Part shown: positions 21,251-34,296 of the stretch, one piece after another
Position numbering within the stretch: position 1 is the stretch's first letter
Layout: every line of letters starts with the position of its first letter
Assembly (NCBI RefSeq): GCF_902459465.1
Contig: NC_047079.1
Location: 8,060,001 to 8,124,000 of the forward strand
Length of the DNA stretch: 64,000 nucleotides
From: Asterias rubens
Taxonomy: Eukaryota
Reading direction: 5' to 3'
Notes under the pieces: model-generated
Told to the model about the DNA's origin: nothing
Database searches by the model: none
The model's input: only the letters and a program-made list of their open reading frames with translations
Translations under genes and position numbers: made by a program

Positions 21251-24200
21251 TAATTTGGTTGTAACTCTCAATATTGGAGTTTCCTCTTGAACAGGAGTTT
21301 GGCCTCGAAGTTGTTCACCATTGGAAACGAGGTTTTCCACTACACTGCACTGAATGACACGTACACCGAACATATTGATAACAAAGCCATTACACACTTG
21401 TGTTCGAGTTTGTGAGTGATATTTTGATTGAAAAGTCAAAGAGTTCGAAGTGCAGGGCGGCATTTTTGTATTGGGGCATCGAGCCGCAGCAGGCACCGAT
21501 CGGTTGCTAGGATAAAGTCACCTCGTTGTTTGGGACTCGCCATGATATGTTTCATTGCATACGAAGGGGACGAATCTGCAATGAACGTGGACTAGCTGTG
21601 AATGAGTTTGGAAGGACTTGTTATGGATTGATCAGTTTAAAGGTAACTATTGGCTTTCATGTTTTATTGTAGACCTTTAAATAAATCAGGTTTGTTACAA
21701 TACTGTAACATTTTGATGTAAACGTCGTCTGAGGTTCTTGATACAGGCAACTCCCACGTTCGAACTGTTGTCAAGCTTCTAATTGGACCATTGTTTATGT
21801 AACATAATATTAGTTTGTCAATATATCGTTTTAGGACAGACTGTTAATAGTTTAGGAGAGAAAATATTTGACTATGAAAAAAAGTCTGAATAATTTGATG
21901 GTTTAACTTGAAATGTTTAGATTTGATTTGCTAAGCTGAAGGTTAAAAACAAAACCACCTATACACGGTGTTACTATTATTATTAAGATCTGAATCAGCT
22001 TTGTTGATAAATTCGATATCACACACAGGTTAAATAGACTCACTGGAAGATAAGACAGAAACACAATGTATTTGTTTGTCCATGGGTCCTTAAAGTTAGG
22101 GTTGTTAGTTTTATTTTAACATAACACTTAGCCGTATTGGGGGGGGGGGGGGGGGCACAGAATCTCCTGTCACACCGAACCTAAGTGGAAAGTGTTGAGT
22201 TTTATGAACACAATTACGCAATTATGGCATTGTGAAGATTTGACCATTACCCAAGGATAATGGGGTAAATTCCTCCCTCTCTATGGAAAACTAGATTCTG
22301 AAGGACGGCTTCAAAACACCATTGGCTGTTTGCAAGTTTATAAAGTGTACCCCTTCTTGTTGCAAAGTAAAACGAGACAACAACATTGTTTGGAATGACT
22401 TGTGATTCGATGCACTGTTCATCGTTGTATTAAGAATGACAAACATTCTACACTGCCTCAGTCGTATCTCAATGACGTATGAATCGTTACTTTCTCAACT
22501 AATCTTGTCCACCTTTTAGGAATATTATCTCTGTCCATTTGTTTTCTTCAAAACTCCTTGCCGTTCATCATGCCCACTCCTTTACCTCCTACTTGCCTAT
22601 ACCGTGTCCTTGAGGACTCCGCCCTCTTTGGCTCGGTTTCTTGAGGCTACTTTTTGTCAATATTGCTTTCCAGAAAGAAAGGTTTTAGCCAAAATATCTT
22701 GTCTTGTGTATAATTTTTGGAATGATCTTCTGGCTATTTTTACCCAAACCAGAATATTTATACAGCAATGTTTTCTGCAGCAAGCAGCTAATAGTAATAC
22801 ATATTGTCGTGTTTGGTGTGTAGGGCCCCTACTTAAAATGTCAACAGGCGTTGAATAACAAGAGTCAGTATGTTGTCATTCATGGACCAAAAGACCAAAC
22901 ATAACAGCCTTAAATAAAATCAATATGACAACTTGTTCTTCTCTTCAACAAATAATGTTCAGACCTAGTTGAATCTGTGTCAATACAAGAAGCAACAAAA
23001 CCTAACTCATTTTCTTTGTGTGAATGGTCGATCTGTTCTGCATCCATATGTTAGTTCACACCAGGTGTTTGAGCGGAATTTAATAGCTAGGGAGATTTAA
23101 TACCCTGTCAATTTGATGTCTATTTAGTTTAAATGATTTGTGAGGTATATATTTTATTCTTTCCTGTGTCTGTAATAAAAGGTACGAGGTAAATCGTGAT
23201 CCCTAAACGAAGGTGTATGACCTCAAGATATGACGTCACGTAGCTCTTGCTGCAGATGAATTCAAGACGCCACAATAATTATTGCATGCCAGTAGAAAGT
23301 GCTTAATATAAATCCATTCATATCTACCACTCTCCTTATTGAATACTACGTATTAGGTAGGACAGAGTTTTGAAAATTACAATCAGAAGTGGGCCTAATT
23401 TGACTTCAATGATACGAATTTGAGTTTAAAGGCACTCTTTTGGGAGTTCTTTGTTAAAGATGTACACTACTTTGTAATGAGATAACATTTTTTTGACTGT
23501 TGAAAAAAAAACCTCTTTTGGTCGGAGTATAGAATCCGACCGTTTTAAATAGATTCTGAATAAGTTTATAGCATGACGCCTATTCGATCAACGCGTTCTA
23601 AGTAGACCTCCTTACTCTATGAGTAGACCAAGATCTTTTACAAATAGATCTTGCTTCTAGCAACTAATGATTTTCTCCTCTCTTGCAATTACAGAGCAGA
23701 CTGTCTGTACAATTGCTTCTCATATTCAAAAGCTAAGTACACTCGTTATTAATTAACTATTTGCGCTTTGGTATTCCAGTGCCTGCAGGGCATAGCATTG
23801 ATTCGTGTGGCTAGGATAGTCTGCTAGTAGCTGTGTGCTGTGGTCGCTTAGCACCAGGGGGAGATCTGTGCGTCAGACGGGGAAAATAGACACATTCACT
23901 GGTCAGTGTTTTCCAGCTCCACGCAGGGGAAGGAATACCACGATGGGATGCTCTTCTGTTATTGTCTGCTAACTAAGGTGAGGTGATTTCATGGTTGCTC
24001 TTTTGTATATTATTGTCTGCTAATCAAAATAATTGTTCATGGTTAGGCTGTAGTCTTTTCATAGGCTCCGTCTACTTTTAAGTGTCGCAAAGCAATTTCA
24101 TTCATTTCATTCACGTTCTGCATGGCATAGTTTAGTTTTCCCCCGAGGAATTAAAAGTTACATACCACTTGCAAATTACAATGGGAAAATTATTAACTAA

Positions 24201-27200
24201 ATTAACTATAGTAGTTAATAAAATAGTACTAACTATAGTAGAAAATAAAAATGTTGGCACAATGTGTTAATTGGGACAGACAGAAATATACCTATAAAAG
24301 GCCCGTGTTCTCCGTTGAGAACTTCACGAAATGCTTGTCACGAAATGCTTGTCAGAAATTTAAAAAGATTGGTGACTTCATTAATCTTAAGAATAAATTT
24401 AAAATGTCACTGTCGACATATATTGCTTTTTTTAAATTTTGTGAACCTTGTCCGACCATTCTGAGCAATGTTGATGTAATAAAATGAAAAAATCAAATCT
24501 GAAAATTGCGTCTGATGTCGCTTTTATGAATGTTCTTGGGAAGCGTACCCGTACGCCGTTGTCGAAAGTAAATTCTCTCGTAATTTCTGTAGAGAAATAA
24601 AAGTAAATTTATCTATAAGACAACCCACATCAGTTGTATAACTGATATCAAATAATAAACCACAATATGTAACTAGTAACAATGACACTTTGCTCCTAAT
24701 TATTCTGATTGCCATGATCCTTTCCACTCAGAGTTCTAATAAATTGCTATTTGTCTACAGTCAACATTGTCTCAAATATGACCAAGATGTGTCAACAAAA
24801 GTAACCGATGAATTGTTTAATTATATTCTGGCCGTGTCATGAATTCTTTAATTGGTAAACTCTGTTGTTTTATCTACAAACACATTTTACTGTTTGAAAT
24901 CGATTCGTCATCCTGGACTTGATACGTATATACATCTGTTTGAAGTTTTTTTAAAGTTTTTTTTTACGACCCAGTCCTGTCTGCTTAGAACAATGACAAA
25001 CCGTGTACAGATTTTTCTTTTTATAAACCGTCGTGTACTATTCCTGAGATTTATTTCCGATGTTTCCTGACAAACGGTTTATGATTGAACATGCTTAAAG
25101 TCACTGACAATACAAACATGTTTCGCAACTTCGGTGGTAAGATTATAGATATAAGTTTACTAATAACTGATTGTCACTTTTATCAAAGTTGAGTTATAAG
25201 TGTTTTTATGACATTGCAAGTTTTTTGTTGGTCTTATGTTTTTATTTATTTTAAATCTTACCAATAAACTGTAAATTAGTAATAAGCAATCTTTTGATTG
25301 TAAAATATTTCGGTTTTTTTCTGATTAATTGACCTATCTCTACCCCTCCCAAAATGCAACAGGATTACTATTCATATCCTCTGTATGCGTACTTGCTACT
25401 TGACTACACAATACACGGTTATCGAGTAGCATTGAACTTTGGTCTAAAGAATTCAACCCATTTTACTAGTAATACTCAATATTACTGGCACCTATACAAG
25501 CATGCAACCGATTGTTGCTAGGAAACACATTAAAAACAAATCGTTAATAAAACTAGCCTCGAAGAAAAACAAATGAACAAGTTCATCGCATTGCTGAGTT
25601 TGCAAATAAATTTTAAACACGAACTGCGAAGACATGTGAGTTACTAGGATAACTTGTATCGATTTGTTCAATACAGATTGAAACTTCTGATTTTATAAAT
25701 TGATATAGACACTTCAATGTTAGGGTTGATCAGGCTCAAATTGATTGCTCACAGCTTGGCAGTTTGACCCGTCAGTTGCAGCAGTGTTGTAGTGGACTCT
25801 GAGGTCAGGTCAATTTGGATTCCGTCTTAACGCTGAAGAAGTTGAACCAAGTTTTCGGTCGGATTGGAATTTGTCCCGGATCATGGAATGGAATTATGGA
25901 CTCTGGAAGAGTTTTGGGTCAGAGAAGTTGATTGTTTTAGGTTGGATTTAAATTAAAGACACTTGTTATTTTGTGCAGATTCGACGTTATACTTTAAAAG
26001 TGAAGGAGACGGCAAGTAATTAGTATTCTAGACAGAGCCTTCTTTTTATTCTTCCTCAATTGTTGACAGGCTGGGTGTCAACAGTTTGACATGATATATT
26101 GTGTGATGTAATTCAACGAGTTCACTGTGTAAACACAATTACGCTTGTCAGTTTAATATTATTCGAGGTAACTTATTACGTGTATCATATTAAATGTTTT
26201 TTTTTGGTGCAATTAAGATTATGATTGGTGAAATAAAAACTAAACCGTTTGTTTTCATTTTGATTGAAGCTGTTGAGGAAATGCAATGTGAAGAAGACAT
26301 TAACGGTGACAACTTGATCCGAATGATTTCGATCTGTCGTCCTCGTCTATGAGTTTGATCACTTTGGCACTCCGTAGATTTGTAGATTCTTGGTGATTGG
26401 CCCGTCCTGCCTCAGGGGTTCACTGTTTGAGCTCAGACTCTCTCGATGGGTTTTTACCGGGTAGTAGTCTGTGTATTCATCGTTGCTTTCAGTCAGGTTG
26501 GGAGGACGAGGCTACGTGTGATTCACCTGCTGGGAAAAACTTGACGGATATTTCTGAGGATTTTGCATATTTTGTTTGTATTTATTTGTAAGAAGGGAGT
26601 AATTAAGATGACACTGGTAACGAGTTTTGGTGAGTAATTTATTTGAAGTGTTTTTCGTTTTGTCTCAATCACGGAGATAGACATTTTTACCCCCATGTAT
26701 CAATTTCCTTATACCGAAAGTGTTCGGTCTTGTTTACCGAAATGTGTCAACAAGTAAAACAAGTGGATTTGGATGATAGGTCCTTGGTCGTACTTAGCTT
26801 ACAGGACATAGATCGTCTGTAATGTGTTACCGGTGCTCTGGACTCCACACTTTCACTGTTGGTGAAGCATTTTTTTCTCATTAATGTGGTGCAGTTTTGA
26901 ATGTGTTGTGTGTTACAAACAGACCCACAAACCCTCTAAAACTGCATATAATATGGTCCAACCTTGTATGCCGTTGCGTTGTTACGTTACGTCTTACTTG
27001 ATTGTAAATTTTGCCCTTATTATGGTCCCCTTTCCAACGTGAATGCTGACATTATTGGAAACTTTTTCATCCCCTAAACAGACAGTGTGGGAAGTTGAAG
27101 TATTTGTACTTATTATTTATTGTTTAAATAAATCATTTGGTAGTATTGGTTGCTATGGATACGGTATAGTGCTGCCCGTAAATAAGCCTGTAATAAATCA

Positions 27201-27871
27201 TAATCATGACCCTTGACCTTACGGTTGACGTGCCTCCCAAATGGCTGAAATTCCATAGATAGTGGTTCACCATAAAACGGTTCAGGCATCCTCCCGCAGG
27301 GGTTCGGTAGGGTTACTCGGCCTTGGCATCCCTCAATGCAACTTCTTGGAGACGCTAAGTGCCTCAGTTTGTATCTAAAGGAAGCATGAAAAGTTTAGTA
27401 TCAATACGCTAAAAGCTGCCAATGCAGTTCTTGTTCGACCTGGATGACAATATTAAAGGCTTTATTAGAGCATAGAGCAATGCTCTATGATTAGAGAAAA
27501 TCTCTGTTCTTATTAGTGTATACATTTCCAGTGCTTAGGATTCAATGCTACAATGCGGCTAGTCTATAAGTGTTAACCATCGGAGATAATAAATGTAGAC
27601 AACATTCGGCAGTAGTAACCTCCAGGGCAAATTGGCTACTGGGTATGGAACGCGACTGGGGCAAAACTAGTTTGTTATAATTATACAAGTTGTTAAAGCT
27701 ATTTATAGGCATACAGCGTGTTCGCTATTCCATCCTTCATGATCACCCATTTTGAAGAAACAAATGAAAACAATCATAAAACAGAATGTAATAAAAACAA
27801 TAACAACTTAAAATAATAGTATTTATATAGCTAATAATGTTTGTTTTGTGCATTACAGTTGCTGAGGATCG

Positions 27872-29332
27872 ATGGTCAAAGCAGATGATTGTGAACTTGG
27901 GCTCGCCATGACAAGTGAAGGTGTACAGACGATTTTATCTGGAGACACGATGGTAAAGGCCGTCAACCGTAAACCAAGAACCTTCCAGACTCCTGGGGAA
28001 AAGATCTACAGTCTGGAAGAACATGATACACGCCTACGGGAACGTCTACTACTGGTAAACCGCTTTGAAGACGCTCGGTTAGAGCGCCTCCAGCGGCAAA
28101 TCACGTCCAATGAACGCGCTAATATCGGGCGGATTTTACGGAGGAAAGACCAGACTAGACTGACGCTCATTAACATTGCCTGTACGAAGCGCAAACTCCA
28201 AACTAATGTCGGATCTTTCGAAAGGCGACTGAAGAATGGGACCAACTCGCCGATTTTCTCCGTAGAGCTAGACCGCGTTCGGAGACGTGAGCAAGAACTC
28301 TCTAGTTTACGTCTGAAACTGCAAGCTCCAAACTCACAGTTTCTAGCTGCGCATGTGCGTGACGAATTGAGAAACATTGAGTCTAGACTGGATGCGAATC
28401 CAAGCCGTCTTACAAATTCAACAAACCCATCTTCTGTTGCAGGAAGTTATACTCACGTTAAATTGACGAATGACAAAGACACTGAAACGAGTCTAATCAC
28501 GACGGGCAACAGTGAAAAGATGACAACTGACAATTTAAAGGAACTTGTTGACGAAGTGCACACTAAAATGAGCCAAACGAATATTTCTACACCACCAGGA
28601 AAAATAACCCCAGTTCCTGAAGTACAAGAAATTAATTTTCCTGTGACGCAGCCAGCTTTAGAACAGAACAAAATGCCGGATGATCAACTCAAAAGTTCAT
28701 TTGCCCTTTCTGCCCCAAGTGTAGACAAGCCCTTAAATTTAAAGCTTGAAGACATACCAGAAAAGCCTGAAGATATTCCTGAAAATAAAGTTGTGTCTGT
28801 TGAGCTTCCCAAACAAGAATTACCACCATTACGGGTAACGCGGAATAAGAAACAGAAATATCTGTCCCTCATGCAGCAGAAACTGGTTAGAACCTCTGTT
28901 AATGAGCGTGATCAGGAGATCAGCCATAGCGCTCTCAAGCGGGAGAGGCACGCTTTGCAGCGAATGGCAGAACTTAAAGTTAAAACGCGGGAGGATATTC
29001 AAGGACGACGAACTGCTGATTCTGACGATTCATTAGGAAGTATCAAGCAGCAGGAGGCAGTCACCAGACTGAAAACAAGTCAAAAAAGTCAATCACAGCT
29101 TCCGAGTGTTCGTAGGGAGGAGCACGAGAAGAGAACAAAACTTCGCGACTTCTCGAGAGCACAGACACTAAGGAAGAGACCGTCAGGTAAACGACGGGTT
29201 ACCGACTCCTCTACTGCAGCTGTAGGTGTGAAGCTGCCACCGTTACGAATTGATAATAGTATCCTGAAGGAGTTAAAAGAATCTCGGCTGAGGCACCGGC
29301 ACCAGTCTAACAAACTGCCCAAATTACCGTGA
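27872..29332 (+). CDS. Uncharacterised basic coiled-coil protein, 486 aa, single coding exon
   Basis: 1461-nt ORF in AT-rich DNA; acceptor CATTACAG| at 27858 with an in-frame stop before the ATG; AATAAA shortly after the stop; charged helical N- and C-terminal thirds. No family recognised. Confidence 0.8.
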   Translation: MVKADDCELGLAMTSEGVQTILSGDTMVKAVNRKPRTFQTPGEKIYSLEEHDTRLRERLLLVNRFEDARLERLQRQITSNERANIGRILRRKDQTRLTLINIACTKRKLQTNVGSFERRLKNGTNSPIFSVELDRVRRREQELSSLRLKLQAPNSQFLAAHVRDELRNIESRLDANPSRLTNSTNPSSVAGSYTHVKLTNDKDTETSLITTGNSEKMTTDNLKELVDEVHTKMSQTNISTPPGKITPVPEVQEINFPVTQPALEQNKMPDDQLKSSFALSAPSVDKPLNLKLEDIPEKPEDIPENKVVSVELPKQELPPLRVTRNKKQKYLSLMQQKLVRTSVNERDQEISHSALKRERHALQRMAELKVKTREDIQGRRTADSDDSLGSIKQQEAVTRLKTSQKSQSQLPSVRREEHEKRTKLRDFSRAQTLRKRPSGKRRVTDSSTAAVGVKLPPLRIDNSILKELKESRLRHRHQSNKLPKLP

Positions 29333-30633
29333 GCCCTGATGGATAAGTCACCATAAATAAATTGTTTGTAACGATCGTGAGCGACTGAAACTAAAGAGCT
29401 AATTCGAAATATATAATCATGAATTTAACTCCCTGTTGACTTAATAATCAAATTTGATCCGTTTAATACTTTTTGTATGAGTATTTTTGCTTTAGAAAAA
29501 GGTTTCACTAGCATCGGTCTCTAACTAAACGACTTTTTTTTTTAAATTCATTTAATTTAACTGTGTATTTGTTTTAATGTGTCATAACTATCGCCTTATC
29601 AATCCGTCCACAATGTGACCCTAAACCCGCCACAGAATAAAAGGAAAATTATCCCAATTTCTAAGTCCAATTGGAAATGAATATTAAGTGATGCACAAGA
29701 GGAGTTTTGGATTGTTTGTTGTCATCCCACGATATTCTTTGACCTCTTTATTGCAATGCTTTTATTAGTGGGTTCATGAATCGCATACTATACGAATAGT
29801 AGATATATGTATGCATGTATCATTGTACACAGCTATTAATAAAACTTTATTGTATTTATTCGAGTTTTGGATTCAAATGGGAATTAATTCATAGCGGTTC
29901 CTTGCCTTCAAACTATTGACGTCACCGCGTAGTTGTCACTGCAGCTGTGAATCGTAAACAGCGCCCTCTTCATCGCACAATAACTCAAGCATGATCAACA
30001 AAACATGAAACTCGAAGCATTCAAAGGGTTGTATTTCCTATTCATACTTTGTCCATAATGTTGACAATCTAAATATAGCACGTCATACAATGATTGAACA
30101 ATTCAGCTTTGTGCGTTTGTGTTTGGTCTGGGTGTAGTGGCCCGTAAAATTAAAGGTTTCAATTCCAAAGCATCTACAAAGCTACGGACGTTTGAATTGA
30201 CCGAATGAGACATGCATGTTGGAATTTGTATTACGAAAGTGATTTCACTCTTTTTATGTGTGCATTATAAATCAGCGCATCAGTGCTTTAATTGACACAT
30301 ACTCGACCACATTTTAACATTATTATTGGGGGGGGGGGGGAGTCCCGTACGCACTTACAGGTGCCACCCAAAAGCGACGCGTAAAACAAAAATGCAGCAT
30401 ACTGGTGTGTCGATTGAGAAAACAACACGAAAGTTCCATTAACTTCTGCTTGCATTTTTCCTTTTTAGAAAATCAAGGCACTGTATGTAAATATCTGCAA
30501 AGTCCGATCACATTTATACACAAATGTTTGTCAGGTCCAAGACGATCTCGTTACACACTGACGGCTTGGGCCAACTTTGACTAAACATCAAAGTGTTATG
30601 CGTAGAACTTTTGGCGGTAATTCCAGACACGGT

Positions 30634-30728
30634 TTTACTAACATGTTTGAAGCCAAACAAAGTGACATACTGAGTACAATTTACTAACATGTTTGAAGCC
30701 AAACAAAGTGACATACGTAGTACAATTT
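30634..30728. repeat. 46-bp tandem duplication
   Basis: TTTACTAACATGTTTGAAGCCAAACAAAGTGACATAC...GTACAA x2. Confidence 0.9.
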
Positions 30729-32954
30729 CCCCCACATTAGTTTGTTTGGGTTTGTTTTCCCAAAGTTAGGCCATGACTAATCCCCTAATCAGTCCTTTAC
30801 ATTACTAAGTCTTCCGTAAACTACTCTTTTGTGAGTTCGGCCCCCCGCCGGGACGACCCACCCGCAGGACCGTGACGCTCCCGGCCAATTAAACACAAAC
30901 TAACAAAGAAATGGGAAAATGCATAACTGCTAGATTATTATTTTTTTCCCCTCTGAAAAAAACCCCCCAAATAACTCAATTAAGTTTGAAGCGTGGATGG
31001 AGTCGACGGAACTTTGATTAAAATCCCTTAACATTTTTTTGCTGTATTCTCTTCAAATTATTCCGAATCAGCTAAAACTTTCCAAGTGGACTTGTTTTGC
31101 ATCTTTCTTGTTTGTTTGCCTGGCGTTGACACGATTTTATGACTTGACCTTTAAATAATAGGTTTAGATTGGCAACACATTTAAAAAAGATAATTAATAT
31201 TTACAATTTTATAATTATCTTTTCCAAAGCAAAACTAAACGTCCTTGTAAGATAAACTTTAAACTCAGTTTTCATTTATATTGTTTGTTTGAAAGATTCT
31301 ACGTTATTTTGTTGATGCATATTATACAAGGCTTATAAATATTGATACTTCGTGTGGGCAAACGACTATATTATTTGCATAACAAAGCTCACATTGTCTG
31401 ACTGGTGTTCGTCCCAGCAGGCTAGATGAACAACACTACCAATCGATCGCAACCCTCTGCCATATCTCAAATACACCGTCAAATTAAAAACTATGTTTCT
31501 CTTTTTCCTTTTTATTAGTTATAACTTGATAAACAAAACACTAATATTGGTATTTGTAAGAAATGGTATAAGAGAACGAGGGGAGGGTGATAAGATACGG
31601 GAGGGGTAATAAAATACAGGAGGCCTTAGACCAAAACAAGACGACAGGGAAATATATTTTTTATTTTTTTTTATTGCGTGAAGGGTAAAGATAACCCGTG
31701 CATACTGTGCTGCAATTATTCCTCCATTAATTGTTATCACTAGACGTAGAACACGTCGAATAATTATTATGTATGCGACAAAAACTATGAATGAAAATCC
31801 AGTTTCCCTTTTAACAAAACTGTTGTTCTCAGTAGTTGAACAGTCTATTTTATGTTAGCCTTTATGAAACATAAATGGGTGTCAGAATGTTGACATGTTC
31901 GAGAACATGAGTGACTCATTAATAACAAAGAACCTTTCACAGTGTTGGCCTTTCGGAATGATTAAAACCACATTGTTGCTTTTCACCGAAAGAGAGATAT
32001 TTATATTACTTGTGTTCCTGGATTATGAGCAGCCAATGGGGAACAAAGTGCGCTTACCCTCTGCGTAATGGGGCATTTAAATTACCCGGTTTATAAGAGA
32101 CTATTCCAGTACGAAGTCAATACACCAACGAGTAGTACATGACACAGTAGAGCGTGTACTGTATCGACCCCAGACACAGGTGTCCACCAGATCGCAGTCA
32201 ATACCAAGGACGGTATACGGATAGCTACATCTTGACCGTCAGGGATACATTGCTCATGTAGCACATTCTGAAGCAACTTCTGGACTAAAATATTTGAATT
32301 GTTAGCAATTATTCTGTAGTAAGCCTTACACTTTGCCATTGACCGCAGAGCCAGCGAATCACATTGACTAGTTGACTGAAACACACCGGTTCAATAATCT
32401 GTTAAAGGTAAGTTTCTCATGCAGTAATGCTTTCCTCTGTCTCTCCACAACTAAATCATAAGTAATGAAACAACGGTATCAATATATTTGACTACCTTAA
32501 TCATATTATAATCCCATATAGGCCAAGTCTACTAATTATGATGTGGAATAAGTTATATGAATCGGGACTTTTGACCTAGCAGGATATTACTATTTAAAAT
32601 AGCATTGTATTAAACAAAACATGACCTCTGATTCAAAATATTGTCTTTAAAACGACGCATAAAGTCATGTGTCTAGATTTATACTATAGATGCTACTCAT
32701 CATTCGCAAGGAAATGTAAAAACCCAGAAAATATTTAGGCATGCTCGGAACTTTGTTGTCATTATGCCCGAAAGTATTCGATGAAATTTCACATTGTGCT
32801 CGAGGGAAGCTGTTTGTAAAATTGAACAATACATTGAGTTTGAAAGAATGCTGTTGTGGGAGGACTTGGGGCTAATGTGAAGGGCTGAGTGGTACGCTCT
32901 CTGGTATGCTATAGGCTATAAGAACATATCGATCGGTAATTGACTATTACATAA

Positions 32955-33008
32955 CAATCGTTAAGTCGTTGCAATCGTTAAGTCGTTGCAATCGTTAAGT
33001 CGTTGCAA
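32955..33008. repeat. 17-bp tandem repeat x3
   Basis: CAATCGTTAAGTCGTTG x3. Confidence 0.9.
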
Positions 33009-34228
33009 GAAAAGGTGGTTTTAAAACAACGCCTTTGTTTGGTGGTTTCTGAAATAGACGTTGAATCACACTACCTGCCTTTTTGAGAAGATGGACACTT
33101 CCACAGTGGTTTTTGGTATTCTGGCTGAACGCACCCAAACCAAAAGGTGTAATGATGTTTGCCCTAATTGTGGAATATTTCAATTCTCTTGGTCCTTTTT
33201 ATTTAACACAATCGTCTTGTGCCAAGACTAATCAATTAACCATGTCATGGTTCAATTGTTTTAGACAACAACAAATTCAAAAGAAATGTTGATGAGCTTT
33301 CAAGTATCAGTTTTCAGAACGACTGGCGTATTAAGCGTATTAATTAACCATGCTTTATCTTATATATACCGACACGCTGTGCATTAAATAACTGTTCTTG
33401 ATTTCCAGTGTGAATATATTAATATTATTTGTATTGTAAACCGTCAGCGTATCAGACATAGAGTAAATAAAACACTCAGCACTCTTATGACGTCATATAT
33501 AAATGCTGGTAGTCTGAGGATGTGTCTCCTTTTTTTTTAATGAAGTTTCATATGGGATAACATTTCACTCTTTTAAATAAACGTTGTTTACACATTCCAC
33601 AAAATCATGAATCTGAGACGACTTGCTTCGGTCATGAACCAATCGATAGCCTGGTACTATCCAATGTCACCGTACACTGTTCTACTGATTTCCCATGGAC
33701 TTGACATCCAGGCTAACAACACGTATGACCGGTCATCAGTGACATGGTACCTGTTGCATGAACTTGATAGGTTAAACCTATATAAGAAGAATTGATATCT
33801 AATTAAATGGAGCATATTGGGCACAAACTATGTATAAAATAAAATCTAAATTACAGCCTATTGCATTGCGCATGCATGTAATTGTCAGTTCACGGATCGC
33901 AATCACGGTGGAACCCTATTAATTGATTTTCGTATAACCAAACTGGGAACGGAATTGCAAATAGTCTATTTTGGTGTAGTATTTAGTATTCATATTGCGC
34001 ACAGGCAATGAAGGCAGTCCACTTTTTTCAGTTACCCCGCCCCCTCCATACATGTGATTTCGGTCTGACCCTCGCACAGATAAGGCAATTCGTTCCGGTA
34101 TGAATAATATGATTGGTATTCTGTTTTGTTGTTGAGCTTGGTTCAAATAAAATCACGTCACTTTTAGGATGACTAAGGTCAAACAACTTGCCAGAAATGC
34201 AAATTGATTTTAAGGTAAAACAAAGCAA

Positions 34229-34296
34229 ATCAGGACCTCGGAAGACATACCCAATTGAGAGATCAGGACCTCGGAAGACATACCCAATTGAGAGAT
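34229..34296. repeat. 33-bp tandem duplication
   Basis: ATCAGGACCTCGGAAGACATACCCAATTGAGAG x2. Confidence 0.9.

Noticed and set aside
22139-22156. Poly-G runs (also near 30328-30340) as G-quadruplex elements
   Set aside because: Simple homopolymers with no supporting context; lengths are unreliable in assemblies.
26280-26600. Coding-like GC-richer patch (65-codon plus-strand ORF; minus frame with NLT and acidic residues)
   Set aside because: Multiple stops in the best frame and no recognisable family.
28006-29322. Minus-strand ORFs overlapping long exons (also 3564-3884, 42035-42352, 47758-47952)
   Set aside because: Antisense shadows of real coding sequence.
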